From Anaerolineae bacterium (lineage in GTDB: Bacteria > Chloroflexota > Anaerolineae > Aggregatilineales > J027), in NCBI GenBank assembly GCA_034437075.1, contig DAOTVD010000266.1, forward strand, positions 11,097 to 75,096: a stretch of DNA of 64,000 bases, given 5' to 3'. Positions 48,473 through 57,500 of this stretch are shown here, one piece after another. Below the pieces are notes generated by a model. That model was not told where the DNA came from. It ran no database searches and saw only the letters and a list, made by a program, of their open reading frames with translations. Within the stretch, counting starts at the first letter, position 1. The number at the start of each line of letters is the position of its first letter. Both the position numbers and the translations under genes were made by a program.

Positions 48473-49038
48473 TATGTCTCCTCATCAGGTGAATGATTGT
48501 TGAGTTGGTCTAATGTCTGTAGCGTGGCATTGCACCAATCAATTTGCGCCTGCAAGACCCGAATGCCCTGGTCAACGGTAATAAGCCAATAGGGCGCATC
48601 CTGAGGGTATTTCGCCATGTCTTGCTCGAGGATGTATTGCTGAGCGCCTCGGATGGCCGCCAAGCGTTGCTCGTATTCTGTGCGTAATGCGACAACTTGC
48701 TCGCGTAGGCGGTCTGGGGGGGCTAAGCGCCCGAAAAACAAACGCGCGAGGTCGGAGCGCCGAAACTGTTTGAGCTTGATGTCTGATGTTAGCCAGTCTT
48801 GCAAAGCAACGTCGCCAGTTGGGGTAATATGATAGACTTTGCGTTGCCGGTTGTTGTCGGGGTCGGGGGTGGAAAGAACCCATTCGGCTGCTTCTAAGTC
48901 AGAGAGCGCGCGATAGATTTGCGAGAGGTCAGCATACCAGAACATATTGATGCCGTCTTCGATAAGCTGCTTGATATCGTAGCCGGATAGCTCTCCTTCG
49001 GATTTCAAAAGCCCTAAGATGATATGGCGTAAACTCAT
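48472..49038 (-). CDS. PadR-family transcriptional regulator
   Basis: MSLRHIILGLLKSEGELSGYDIKQLIE...YRALSDLEAAEWV winged-helix pattern. The internal ATG 49038 is preferred. 1-nt overlap with the ATPase gene. Confidence 0.85.
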   Translation of the reverse strand: MSLRHIILGLLKSEGELSGYDIKQLIEDGINMFWYADLSQIYRALSDLEAAEWVLSTPDPDNNRQRKVYHITPTGDVALQDWLTSDIKLKQFRRSDLARLFFGRLAPPDRLREQVVALRTEYEQRLAAIRGAQQYILEQDMAKYPQDAPYWLITVDQGIRVLQAQIDWCNATLQTLDQLNNHSPDEET

Positions 49039-49053
49039 GGTGCACTCTATATA

Positions 49054-49087
49054 ATATATGCGTTTGCATATATGCATTCGCATATAT
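49054..49087. promoter_or_regulatory. Near-perfect 34-bp AT-rich palindrome, probable PadR operator
   Basis: ATATATGCG-TT-TGCATATATGCA-TT-CGCATATAT, located 16 nt upstream of the padR-like start. Confidence 0.55.
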
Positions 49088-49111
49088 TGTATAGCAAACA
49101 ATAAAGATGTC

Positions 49112-49134
49112 AAGTACAGGGGTTCCCTGTACTT
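49112..49134 (-). terminator. Stem-loop after the HNH gene
   Basis: AAGTACAGGG-GTT-CCCTGTACTT. On the minus strand it is followed by a T-rich tail (GACATCTTTATTGTTTG). Confidence 0.5.
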
Positions 49135-49193
49135 CGATAATGTAAGGCCGGTGAGGAACCGCGCCCCGCGCTAGCGATGGCCCCGGCTAAGGG

Positions 49194-49733
49194 TTACGAG
49201 CCAACGTCAATGTAGCGCTTCCAAGAGGCGTTGTCGTTGCCGAATTCGATCACCAGGTAATTTGTCCTGGGGCGACGGGCCTCCCAGCGCATTTTTAGAC
49301 CTGCTTCATGCGGCAGTTTATTCCCTTTGCGATGGTTACAGCGCGGGCACGCACAGGCCGTATTCGTCCAGGTGTCTTTGCCACCGCGCGACTTGGGCAG
49401 AATATGATCCACCGTCATACTGCCGCGCGAGAGCACTTTGCCTTGCTGCACACTACCGGGTTGGATGCCACAGTAAATGCATATATAGCCATCCCGCACC
49501 AACACACCGCGCCGGCTCCAGGGGGCTTGACGACGCGGCACATTGATATAATGGCGTAACGCGATCACGGATGGGACTGAGAATTGGTCGCGTACCGTGC
49601 GAATGAACCGCCCGGACTCTTCTACCACGATGGCCTTTTCGGCCAGCAGCAGATTCATGGCGCGCGGGATACCAATCACCGCCAGGGGTTCCCAGGTGCT
49701 GCCATTCAATAATAAAACTTGTCCTTGAATCAC
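49194..49733 (-). CDS. HNH endonuclease
   Basis: CIYCG...VDHILPKSRGGKDTWTNTACACPRCNHRKGNK (HNH/zinc-finger core). Confidence 0.85.
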   Translation of the reverse strand: MIQGQVLLLNGSTWEPLAVIGIPRAMNLLLAEKAIVVEESGRFIRTVRDQFSVPSVIALRHYINVPRRQAPWSRRGVLVRDGYICIYCGIQPGSVQQGKVLSRGSMTVDHILPKSRGGKDTWTNTACACPRCNHRKGNKLPHEAGLKMRWEARRPRTNYLVIEFGNDNASWKRYIDVGS

Positions 49734-49848
49734 AGACCAGGCTCCTTTCTGATCTGACGCGAAATCCTTCTCTATTATACGGAAAAGCGAAAAAGCGTTC
49801 TACACCAGGAGCTAACCAAGCCGTAAATTTTTCTTTACCTGTAGATCA

Positions 49849-50817
49849 TCACTGTAAGCGAGCGTTGGTGAAGATCGCTTTTAGGGTATCTAGGGCAGCT
49901 AAAAGGGGCTCGGCGGTGAGGGCTACAGCGCGCAACTCTAGCACACCCTCAAGGCCCGCTTGGCGAAAGATCAGCAATTCGCTTTGCTGGCGCGTTTCGT
50001 CGCGGCGTATCTGAATAGTGATGCTGCGCCCGTCCGCCAGGAAGGTTTCTTCATCTTGCAATAAGCTGGCCAGGCCCGCCAGATAATCCTCGCGAGAGTC
50101 GATCCCGGTCAGAAAACGGAGCGCCAAGCCATAGGGTTGGGGCGCGGCTTCATCCCGCGCGATGGCGCGCAAGGCGTCCGGGTTAGGCGCAGCGTACACC
50201 GCTTCTAAACCATCCGAACTGGGCCACTCGGCGGGCAGATGCAAGCGCAGCGTGTCTTGCTGGGCGCTGAGGGCCTGCGGCAGCACAGCCACGGATTCGA
50301 ACATGGCCGTCAGAGTCGGCGCGACGGCTAATAGTTGGTCACTCGGGAAATCCGCCCGCACCAGCGCGACCCGGCCCGGCGCTAGGAATAGCCCCACCGC
50401 CGCGCTATAGACCCCCTCGGCGCGCAAATCCGCGCCTTGGGCCAGCCAACCGGGATAGCCCCTATACGTTTGCGATTCGGCGGGGGTCTGGGGGGGCAAG
50501 CCCAGGCGGGCAAGCAACCAGGGGCGGACTTCTTCAGCCGTAGCGGGGGCTGGTTCAATGATCTGCGCGCGCACAAAAATCTGTGTATCCGGCCCCCCAG
50601 CGGCGCGGGGTTCTTCGCTGACGATGATAATGCGCGCTTGCGGTTCGTACAGTGTCCAATCTGCCGGATAAAACAGCGCGAGTAAGCCGGTTTCATCGGC
50701 TGCGACATTCACCAAGGGGGGCGGTTCATCAGGCTGCGCGACCGCCCCCCCCACACCCCATAGGCTGACCAGCAAAATGGCCAGCCCTGCTAAGCGTCTA
50801 ATCCAGGCTGCGGTCAT
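49849..50817 (-). CDS. Hypothetical secreted protein
   Basis: The internal ATG 50817 gives a signal peptide MTAAWIRRLAGLAILLVSLWGVGGAVA. It overlaps the upstream gene by 20 nt. Confidence 0.6.
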   Translation of the reverse strand: MTAAWIRRLAGLAILLVSLWGVGGAVAQPDEPPPLVNVAADETGLLALFYPADWTLYEPQARIIIVSEEPRAAGGPDTQIFVRAQIIEPAPATAEEVRPWLLARLGLPPQTPAESQTYRGYPGWLAQGADLRAEGVYSAAVGLFLAPGRVALVRADFPSDQLLAVAPTLTAMFESVAVLPQALSAQQDTLRLHLPAEWPSSDGLEAVYAAPNPDALRAIARDEAAPQPYGLALRFLTGIDSREDYLAGLASLLQDEETFLADGRSITIQIRRDETRQQSELLIFRQAGLEGVLELRAVALTAEPLLAALDTLKAIFTNARLQ

Positions 50818-52504
50818 AGGTGATGAAACCACCCTGGGCCAGTTCGCCCTCGATTGTTTCCAGGATTTCGCCATCCTGGTAGATGGTCAACGTATAGGGG
50901 ACGGGGTCTTCGGCGCCACAGGGGAAAACATGCGCGATTTCGATGCGATACTCCCCAGCGGGATAGTCATCATTCCACAAGGCGGCTTCGATAGGTGCTT
51001 CGGATGTCAGCACACAGCCGCCGTTCGCATCCCCGCTGAAGACGCCGCCGCTGGGTACCGAGCCTGTCACGAAATCCAAGCGATTGCCGTTCGGATCAAC
51101 CACCGCCAGGTCGAAATCGGGTGCGCCATCCCAGGCGAGTTCGAAGGCCAAAGCAGCGCTATCTGTGGCAGGCGGCGGTGGGGCTTCAGTGTCTGGCGCG
51201 GATTCATCATCCGGCGTTTCTGTTTCATCGGATGTTTCGGCTTCGGCGGGCACTTCGGGCTCTGCGGCAACAGGCGGCGCATTCACCCCCGTTGTTGCCT
51301 CGGAGAACAGATGCAGGACGAACTCACCGCTAGAGCCTGCGTCCGTCAACACGGTAATTTGATACGTGCCATCCGCAGGCAGCGTTTCTTCGACAATGCG
51401 CGCATCGGCGGGGCTGTTGAATTGTTCGTTAAAGGTGCCGAAATCGACCGTGCTATCCTGCGCCATGAGCGCTACTGCCGGGTTCAGCAAGCTATCAGCG
51501 GCTTGTTTAACCGAAATGGTCACCACATCGCCCTGCTGGCCGTCAAAGAAATAGCTGATGGAGCCATTCTCCGGGAGCGTGCCGCGCACAAAATCGCCAT
51601 ATACCACCGCGTCCCCATCTGCCGCATCATCCATATCGGGGGGGGCCGGTTGTCCGATATTCGGCGCAGAAGCGGACGTGGCATCCGTGACGATCTCTAG
51701 CGTATAACCGCCCGATGTCGCGCCGGTGGCCTCGCCAAAGCGCGTCGCTTCGATGACATATTGCCCCGTATAAGGCAAGGTGAAATCAGTAATCGCGGCG
51801 TCTAGCGTGCCCAATTCGGCATCATCATTTTGCACAAGTTCGCGGCCTTGGGCATCGCGCAAGCGTAGCAGTGGGTCTAAATTGCTGCCGTCATCCTGGC
51901 GTTGCATATTGATCGAGATGACATCCCCTTCAAAGCCTTCGAATAACCAGCTTTCCACTGGATTATCATCATTCAGGGTGCCCGTGACGGGCTCGTTGTA
52001 CAGAATGATGTCAGGCGGTGGCGTACTGGCGTCGCGTTGGTCGTCGCCGAGTGACTCAGCGCCGGGGCCGGGACGTTGGCCGCCGTCTAGGCGTAGCGAG
52101 AGGCGATATTCTCCGCTGGTGTCGCCTTCATCAAAGCGAAAGCGCGTGGCGATGATACCATGCAAACCATCTTGGTTCAGGGTCACCTGTTCGATAGCCG
52201 CGTTGGTATTCCCCGGCTCGCGATCATCATTCTCCGTGATGACCTCGCCGTTCGGGTCGAGCAAGACCACATACGGGTCGAGTCCATCCGGTGGTGGTTC
52301 GACGGCGGTCAGTTCGATGATGACCACATCCCCGGCTGAGCCTGCGAAAAACCATTCTTCGAACCAGGTTTCATCATTCAGGCTACCCGTTACTTCTTCG
52401 CCATATTCAATGAAGGGTGTGTCCTGAGGTTGGGCCAGCGCCGGGAGCGCCATCCCGCAGGCCACGACAATACATACACCAAGTAATCCTCGCCACAAGC
52501 GCAT
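50798..52504 (-). CDS. Secreted protein with three pre-peptidase C-terminal (PPC)-like repeats
   Basis: Signal peptide present. A module of about 110 aa is repeated three times, e.g. VTGSLNDE..W..F.G..GDVV.I......DGLDPYVVLLDPNGEVITENDD. Confidence 0.7.
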   Translation of the reverse strand: MRLWRGLLGVCIVVACGMALPALAQPQDTPFIEYGEEVTGSLNDETWFEEWFFAGSAGDVVIIELTAVEPPPDGLDPYVVLLDPNGEVITENDDREPGNTNAAIEQVTLNQDGLHGIIATRFRFDEGDTSGEYRLSLRLDGGQRPGPGAESLGDDQRDASTPPPDIILYNEPVTGTLNDDNPVESWLFEGFEGDVISINMQRQDDGSNLDPLLRLRDAQGRELVQNDDAELGTLDAAITDFTLPYTGQYVIEATRFGEATGATSGGYTLEIVTDATSASAPNIGQPAPPDMDDAADGDAVVYGDFVRGTLPENGSISYFFDGQQGDVVTISVKQAADSLLNPAVALMAQDSTVDFGTFNEQFNSPADARIVEETLPADGTYQITVLTDAGSSGEFVLHLFSEATTGVNAPPVAAEPEVPAEAETSDETETPDDESAPDTEAPPPPATDSAALAFELAWDGAPDFDLAVVDPNGNRLDFVTGSVPSGGVFSGDANGGCVLTSEAPIEAALWNDDYPAGEYRIEIAHVFPCGAEDPVPYTLTIYQDGEILETIEGELAQGGFITYDRSLD

Positions 52505-52557
52505 TTTTACCTCTCACAAAATCCGTTAGTATCTTGCAGAGTGTAACATACAAGGCT

Positions 52558-53820
52558 TCATTTGCGCTTCTTTTTCTTGGCCTTGCCGCGCTGGCTGCGG
52601 CGGGTACGTTGGTCGGGGGCCATTTTCACCAGGCGCGGTTGAAACTTGGCCACGCTGACGACCAAATCTTGCTGGGCCGCCATCACCTCGGTCAGGTCTT
52701 TGTAGACATGCGGCGCTTCATCCAGGCCCGCCGACATGAGTTCGACGCGCGCCTGTTTCAGCTTATGCTCCACTTGCTCCCAGCGTAGCGAGCGTTTCGC
52801 CTCGCCGCGCGACATCCGCCGCCCGGCGCCGTGGGCCGCGCTGTTGAGCGCTTCGGCGTTGCCCAGGCCGCGCACCACATGCCCCGCGTCGGTCATGCTG
52901 CCGGGGATGACACCATACACACCCGGCCCAGCAGGTGTGGAGCCCTTGCGGTGTACGATGTATTCTTCATCGTCGAACACCTCGCGCCAGGCATAATTAT
53001 GATGATTCTCGACGCCGCCGAGCACATCCAGCCGCAGACGGTCAATGATGTTCTGGTGAATGATAGCGTGATTAGCGCTGGCGTAGCGCCCTGCCAGCGT
53101 CATAGCAGCCCAGTATTCCGCGCCAATACCGTTCATATCCAGCCAGGCCAAATGCTTATACGATTTAGGCAAATCGGGGTGCATGTCCATGGCGATTTTG
53201 GTGTAATGATCGGCAATTGTGGCGCCCAGGCCCCGGCTGCCACTATGGCTGATGAACGCCAGATAACGCCCGGGTGGCACATGCCCAAACGCACGCGAGC
53301 CCTCGCCCGTGGGGTCAGCGCTGCCCGTAATGGCTTCATTGACCAGCAATTCGCCAAATTCGACAAAATGGTTCCCGCCGCCACTGGAACCCAATTGGCG
53401 CCAAGCGGTGCCTTTATGGCCACGCGCGACGGGCAATTCATCAAACGCCGGATCGTCCATCACGGGGTGGTCGGGCGGGTTATCTAGCTCAGTGGCCGCA
53501 CCAATGCCAAAGCGCGTGCTCTCTTCGATGATCTTGCGGAATTTCTCGCGTTTTTGTTCCAGGATATGCGGCGGGGTGTCGAAAACCGTCAGGCGCATGC
53601 GGCATGCGATGTCTACCCCAACGGCATACGGAATGACGGCCTCGCGCGTGGCCAGCACCCCGCCAATCGGCAAGCCGTAGCCCTGGTGCGCGTCTGGCAT
53701 CAGCGCGCCGCGCACGGCAATGGGTAACTGGGCGGCCTGGTGCATTTGTTGGCGCGCGCCGTCTTCGATGTCATCGCCCCATACTCGGTATGGCACAGGG
53801 TCTTCGCGAATGTTCGGCAT
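52558..53820 (-). CDS. rtcB: RtcB-family RNA 3'-phosphate ligase
   Basis: GGNHFVE, HSGSRGLG and a HHNY-type motif, with a C-terminal Lys-rich tail. ATG 53820 (MPNIRED) is preferred. Confidence 0.9.
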   Translation of the reverse strand: MPNIREDPVPYRVWGDDIEDGARQQMHQAAQLPIAVRGALMPDAHQGYGLPIGGVLATREAVIPYAVGVDIACRMRLTVFDTPPHILEQKREKFRKIIEESTRFGIGAATELDNPPDHPVMDDPAFDELPVARGHKGTAWRQLGSSGGGNHFVEFGELLVNEAITGSADPTGEGSRAFGHVPPGRYLAFISHSGSRGLGATIADHYTKIAMDMHPDLPKSYKHLAWLDMNGIGAEYWAAMTLAGRYASANHAIIHQNIIDRLRLDVLGGVENHHNYAWREVFDDEEYIVHRKGSTPAGPGVYGVIPGSMTDAGHVVRGLGNAEALNSAAHGAGRRMSRGEAKRSLRWEQVEHKLKQARVELMSAGLDEAPHVYKDLTEVMAAQQDLVVSVAKFQPRLVKMAPDQRTRRSQRGKAKKKKRK

Positions 53821-53898
53821 AAGATGCCCCTTTATGCTGAAAAATACGTTGGTGGGTGAATCAAAAAAGCAGCCACATATCGACTGCCTAGCTAGCCA

Positions 53899-53971
53899 CA
53901 GGGGCACGAGGACTTGAACCCCGAACCTTTGGTTTTGGAGACCAACGCTCTGCCAGTTGAGCTATGCCCCT
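53899..53971 (-). tRNA. tRNA-Trp (CCA)
   Basis: Manual cloverleaf: AGGGGCA TA GCTC AACTGGCA GAGC G TTGGT CT-CCA-AA ACCAA AGGTT CGGGG TTCAAGT CCTCG TGCCCCT G. Confidence 0.88.
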
Positions 53972-54027
53972 TTATCCTGCGGCGTAGTATGCCAAACTCG
54001 CCCAGGAAAAGCAAGGTACAGTCCGGC

Positions 54028-55983
54028 CTAGGGCAACCAGGCGGCCTGGGCACCCGGCACGAGTTCTAGCGGAGACGTACCTGCACGGCGCCAGATGTAT
54101 AACACGGGCCGTTCTTCGAACAGGCTACTGTATAAAATCTGTTCGCCTGACGCATCATAGAAAGCCCCATTAGCACTGGCGGGTACAGTCGCGATTTGGC
54201 GGGCGGTGCCACCATCTAGGCCCATTTCATAGATAGCGGTTGCCTCGGCATCCGCGCGCATAAAGAGAATCCGGTCGGCACCTGGCACCCAACTCGGCGC
54301 CCAGTCCGCTTGGTCATTGTTCGTTAAGCGCGCGATTGTATCGGTGGCCAAATCCAGCAGATACAAATCCCAGCTAGCGCGGTCATCGGGCTGGCCCGCG
54401 CCAAAGACTACCCGCCGCCCATCCGGGCCGACTTGGGGCCCAAACAAGCGCTGACCAGGCACCGTATGCACGATCTGCGGCTCGCCATCGGGCACGGTTT
54501 GCACCACCAGGCGATAGCCCAGGATGCCGCTCATCTCCTGCGGATAGATGATGCGTTGCGCGTCGGGGAACCAGGCCGGCGCGCCTTCTTCCAATAGATT
54601 GCTGGTTAGCTGGCGCGGATTCTCACCGGTTAGACCTTGCACGTATAGCTCAAGTTGGCTGTTATCATCATCCTCGGCAATTTCACCATCTGGGTCATAG
54701 GCATAGACTAGGCGCGCGCCATCGGGCGCCGCCGCCAGATAGCCCTCCGCGCCTGCGGTGGTCGTTAGGCGGGTGATATGCCGGGTGGGAATATTGAGCC
54801 GGTAGAGTTCACTCGCGCTATTGTCATCCGGCGCGGCAATGAAAACGATTTGCCCGGCCCCGCTCTCGACGTTTGGTGTCGTTTCAGCCGTCGCGGTCAG
54901 GCGCGCTACGCCTGTCGCCGCAAAATCGGGCGGGGCGGCGGCATTATCATCTTGCGAAAGCGCGACATACCCCCCCAAGAGGGCCGCCCCCAGCACAAAC
55001 GCCAGCAGAAAAGCGCCGCTCAAAAATAATACCGGATGCGGGCCACGTTGCGCGGCCACGGACGACACCGAAACGGGGGTTTGCGGTTGTTGTGGGGTCG
55101 GCATCTGATGGGGGGGCATGGGCGGTGGGGTATGTTGGATCGTCTGAGCGGCGATGAATAAATCCGCGTCATCAAGCGCCCCCGCTAAGATCACCGCGCT
55201 TTCAAAGCGTTCAGCCGGGTTTTTGGCCAATGCCCGTAGAACCACCGCTTCGACGCCTACCGGCAGGGCCGGGTTATAGTCGCGCGGCGAGGGCGGCGGC
55301 TTGGTGACTTGCAGCACAGCCGTCCCGTAGGGCGTATCCGCTTCGAAAGGACGCCGCCCAGTGAGCATCTCGAATAACGAAATGCCTAGCGCGTAGATGT
55401 CGCTGCGCTGGTCGAGCATATGGCCTTGCGCTTGCTCGGGCGACATATACGCAGGGGTGCCGACGACGCCCGTGGCCGTCAGTTTTTCATCGTAGGTCAG
55501 CAAGCGCGCGATGCCAAAATCTGTTAAATACGCATCGCCCGCGCCATCGAGCATGATATTGCTGGGCTTTAGATCGCGATGCAAGACCCCTTGTTGATGG
55601 GCGTAATCCAACCCGGCGGCCACCTGCCGGACAATAGCCTGCACACGCGGCAACGGCACAGGCCCTCGGCGCAGCATATCATCCACCGAGCCGCCTTCCA
55701 TCAGGCGCATGACAATATAGGGCAACCCGTTCCATTCCCCAAAATCGTACACTGGCACGATGGCGCGGTGTTCAAGCTGAGAGGAAATCTGGGCTTCTTG
55801 TTTGAAGCGCTGGTGCGAGGTTTCGTCATCCAGAAATTCGCGCGGTAAAACCTTCACCGCGACATCGCGCTGGGTGGAGAGTTGGCGCGCGCGGTAGACC
55901 GTCGCCATGCCGCCCCGCGCCAAAACAGCCTTCAGTTCGTAGGCCCCGTTGATGATGACACCGAGTAAGCTATCTTGAATCAT
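54028..55983 (-). CDS. Ser/Thr protein kinase with a TM segment and a C-terminal TolB/PD40-like beta-propeller
   Basis: GGMATVYRA, VAVK, HRDLKPSN, DFGIA, GTPAYMSPE. Then a Pro-rich linker, a TM segment and a repeat-rich C-terminus. Confidence 0.88.
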   Translation of the reverse strand: MIQDSLLGVIINGAYELKAVLARGGMATVYRARQLSTQRDVAVKVLPREFLDDETSHQRFKQEAQISSQLEHRAIVPVYDFGEWNGLPYIVMRLMEGGSVDDMLRRGPVPLPRVQAIVRQVAAGLDYAHQQGVLHRDLKPSNIMLDGAGDAYLTDFGIARLLTYDEKLTATGVVGTPAYMSPEQAQGHMLDQRSDIYALGISLFEMLTGRRPFEADTPYGTAVLQVTKPPPSPRDYNPALPVGVEAVVLRALAKNPAERFESAVILAGALDDADLFIAAQTIQHTPPPMPPHQMPTPQQPQTPVSVSSVAAQRGPHPVLFLSGAFLLAFVLGAALLGGYVALSQDDNAAAPPDFAATGVARLTATAETTPNVESGAGQIVFIAAPDDNSASELYRLNIPTRHITRLTTTAGAEGYLAAAPDGARLVYAYDPDGEIAEDDDNSQLELYVQGLTGENPRQLTSNLLEEGAPAWFPDAQRIIYPQEMSGILGYRLVVQTVPDGEPQIVHTVPGQRLFGPQVGPDGRRVVFGAGQPDDRASWDLYLLDLATDTIARLTNNDQADWAPSWVPGADRILFMRADAEATAIYEMGLDGGTARQIATVPASANGAFYDASGEQILYSSLFEERPVLYIWRRAGTSPLELVPGAQAAWLP

Positions 55984-56029
55984 ACTGCTATTCTATCCCA
56001 AACCTGGCCGACTGCATCCGGTCAGCCTC

Positions 56030-56059
56030 TTGACACATAACCAACGCTAGGGCTATGAT
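56030..56059 (+). promoter_or_regulatory. Candidate sigma-70-type promoter
   Basis: TTGACA (56030-56035), 18-nt spacer, TATGAT (56054-56059). Confidence 0.5.
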
Positions 56060-56092
56060 TTTGGCCTATATTCAGGCAAAGTGAGCATAAAC

Positions 56093-57481
56093 ATGAAACT
56101 TATCATCGTCGGAACGGGTTTCGTCGGGTTGCCACACGCGGCAGTCTGTTCGGAATATGGGCATGAGGTCTATGCCTACGATATTGACGAAGCGCGTATC
56201 GCAGCTTTCAACAGCGGCCAACAAGCCGAAATCGAGCGTTATATCAACGAACCTGGTCTTGTGCCGATTATCCAAGAACATTTGGGAACCTCCCTGTTCT
56301 TTACCTCAGACGTCACAGATATTATTGAGGGTGTCGAAGCGATCTTCTTGTGCTTGCCCACCCCACCCCGCCATGATGGGTCCACGAACTTGGATTACTA
56401 CATGAGCGCCCTCGAAACGCTGGCCCCGTTGCTGGCCCAACGCCAAGATCAGCGCCGCGTGGTGGTCATTAATAAAAGCACCGTGCCGATTGGCACCTTA
56501 CGCCAATTGCAGGGCGTTTTGGCCTCGCACAATGTCCCGAATGTGGGCATGGCCTCAAATCCGGAATTTCTGCCCGAAGGCAAAGCCGTGGAACTCTCGC
56601 GCCGGCCCGACCGTATCGTCGTGGGGGCGGATTCCGAGGAGGATTTCAAAATCTTGCGGCGCGTGTATTCCCAATTCGTGAACCATGTGCGCATCAAGTA
56701 TATTGAAACCACGCCCGAAACCGCCGAATCGATCAAATATGTGGCGAATACCCTTTTGCTCTCCTACATTTCTTTCTGGAATGGGGTCGGCGCCCGCTTG
56801 GCCGAAAACGTGCCCAACATCCGCATGGAAGATTTGAAGCTGGGTGTCACGGCGGATACGCGCATCAGCACCTGGGGCTCGTATGTCTCTAATGGGGCGG
56901 GCGGATCGTGTTTTGGCAAAGACATCCAGTCGCTGATTCATCAATTGAAGGGCATGGGGCAATCCGCCGCGTTGCTCGAATCGGTATACGAGATCAACGA
57001 ATTTCAAAAAACATACTTGATCGACCGCGCCATCCTAGAAGCTGAAGCCAATTTCAATAATAAAGTGGTGGCCTTGCTGGGCCTGGCTTTCAAGAAGCAA
57101 ACCAACGACATGCGTGATTCCTCCTCGCTAAAAGTGGTAGACGCGCTGCTGGCGCGTGGTGTGAAGCAAATCCGCGCTTATGATCCATTGGCCAACGAAG
57201 AAGCCAGCAAAGTGTTTGACCCTACGACCAACCATCTTTTCGAGAAAATCTCGTATCATGATTCCGCCGCCGACGCCTTAACCGGCAGCGATATGATGAT
57301 CATCTCGACGGACTGGGAAGAATTTCGGGGCCTGTCTAGCGTCATCCAAAAGACGGTGAAGCCGCCCTATCTTATCATCGACGGGCGCCGCATGATCCCG
57401 GATTACGATATGTTGACCCAAGCCGGTTATGCCTATCTGGCCGTGGGGTCGTGCTATCAATCACCTGTAGAACCCTCCTAA
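56093..57481 (+). CDS. UDP-glucose/GDP-mannose 6-dehydrogenase family protein
   Basis: MKLIIVGTGFVGL NAD fold. Catalytic Cys in GAGGSCFGKD. Confidence 0.88.
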   Translation: MKLIIVGTGFVGLPHAAVCSEYGHEVYAYDIDEARIAAFNSGQQAEIERYINEPGLVPIIQEHLGTSLFFTSDVTDIIEGVEAIFLCLPTPPRHDGSTNLDYYMSALETLAPLLAQRQDQRRVVVINKSTVPIGTLRQLQGVLASHNVPNVGMASNPEFLPEGKAVELSRRPDRIVVGADSEEDFKILRRVYSQFVNHVRIKYIETTPETAESIKYVANTLLLSYISFWNGVGARLAENVPNIRMEDLKLGVTADTRISTWGSYVSNGAGGSCFGKDIQSLIHQLKGMGQSAALLESVYEINEFQKTYLIDRAILEAEANFNNKVVALLGLAFKKQTNDMRDSSSLKVVDALLARGVKQIRAYDPLANEEASKVFDPTTNHLFEKISYHDSAADALTGSDMMIISTDWEEFRGLSSVIQKTVKPPYLIIDGRRMIPDYDMLTQAGYAYLAVGSCYQSPVEPS

Positions 57482-57500
57482 GGGCATATCCTACCCCCCG

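Noticed and set aside
50777-51700. Long antisense ORFs in high-GC genes, for example 50777..51700 (+), 29111..29857 (+), 17949..18512 (+), 62533..63378 (-), 24272..24877 (-) and 37118..37687 (-).
   Set aside because: Each lies fully inside a gene with strong motif support on the other strand. Their Arg/Gly/Ala/Pro-rich composition is typical of stop-poor antisense frames in GC-rich DNA.
49194-53971. HNH endonuclease, RtcB and tRNA read together as a defence or RNA-repair island.
   Set aside because: Two ordinary secreted-protein genes separate them. No helicase, methylase, archease, RtcR or toxin partner is present. The composition does not look distinct from the surroundings.
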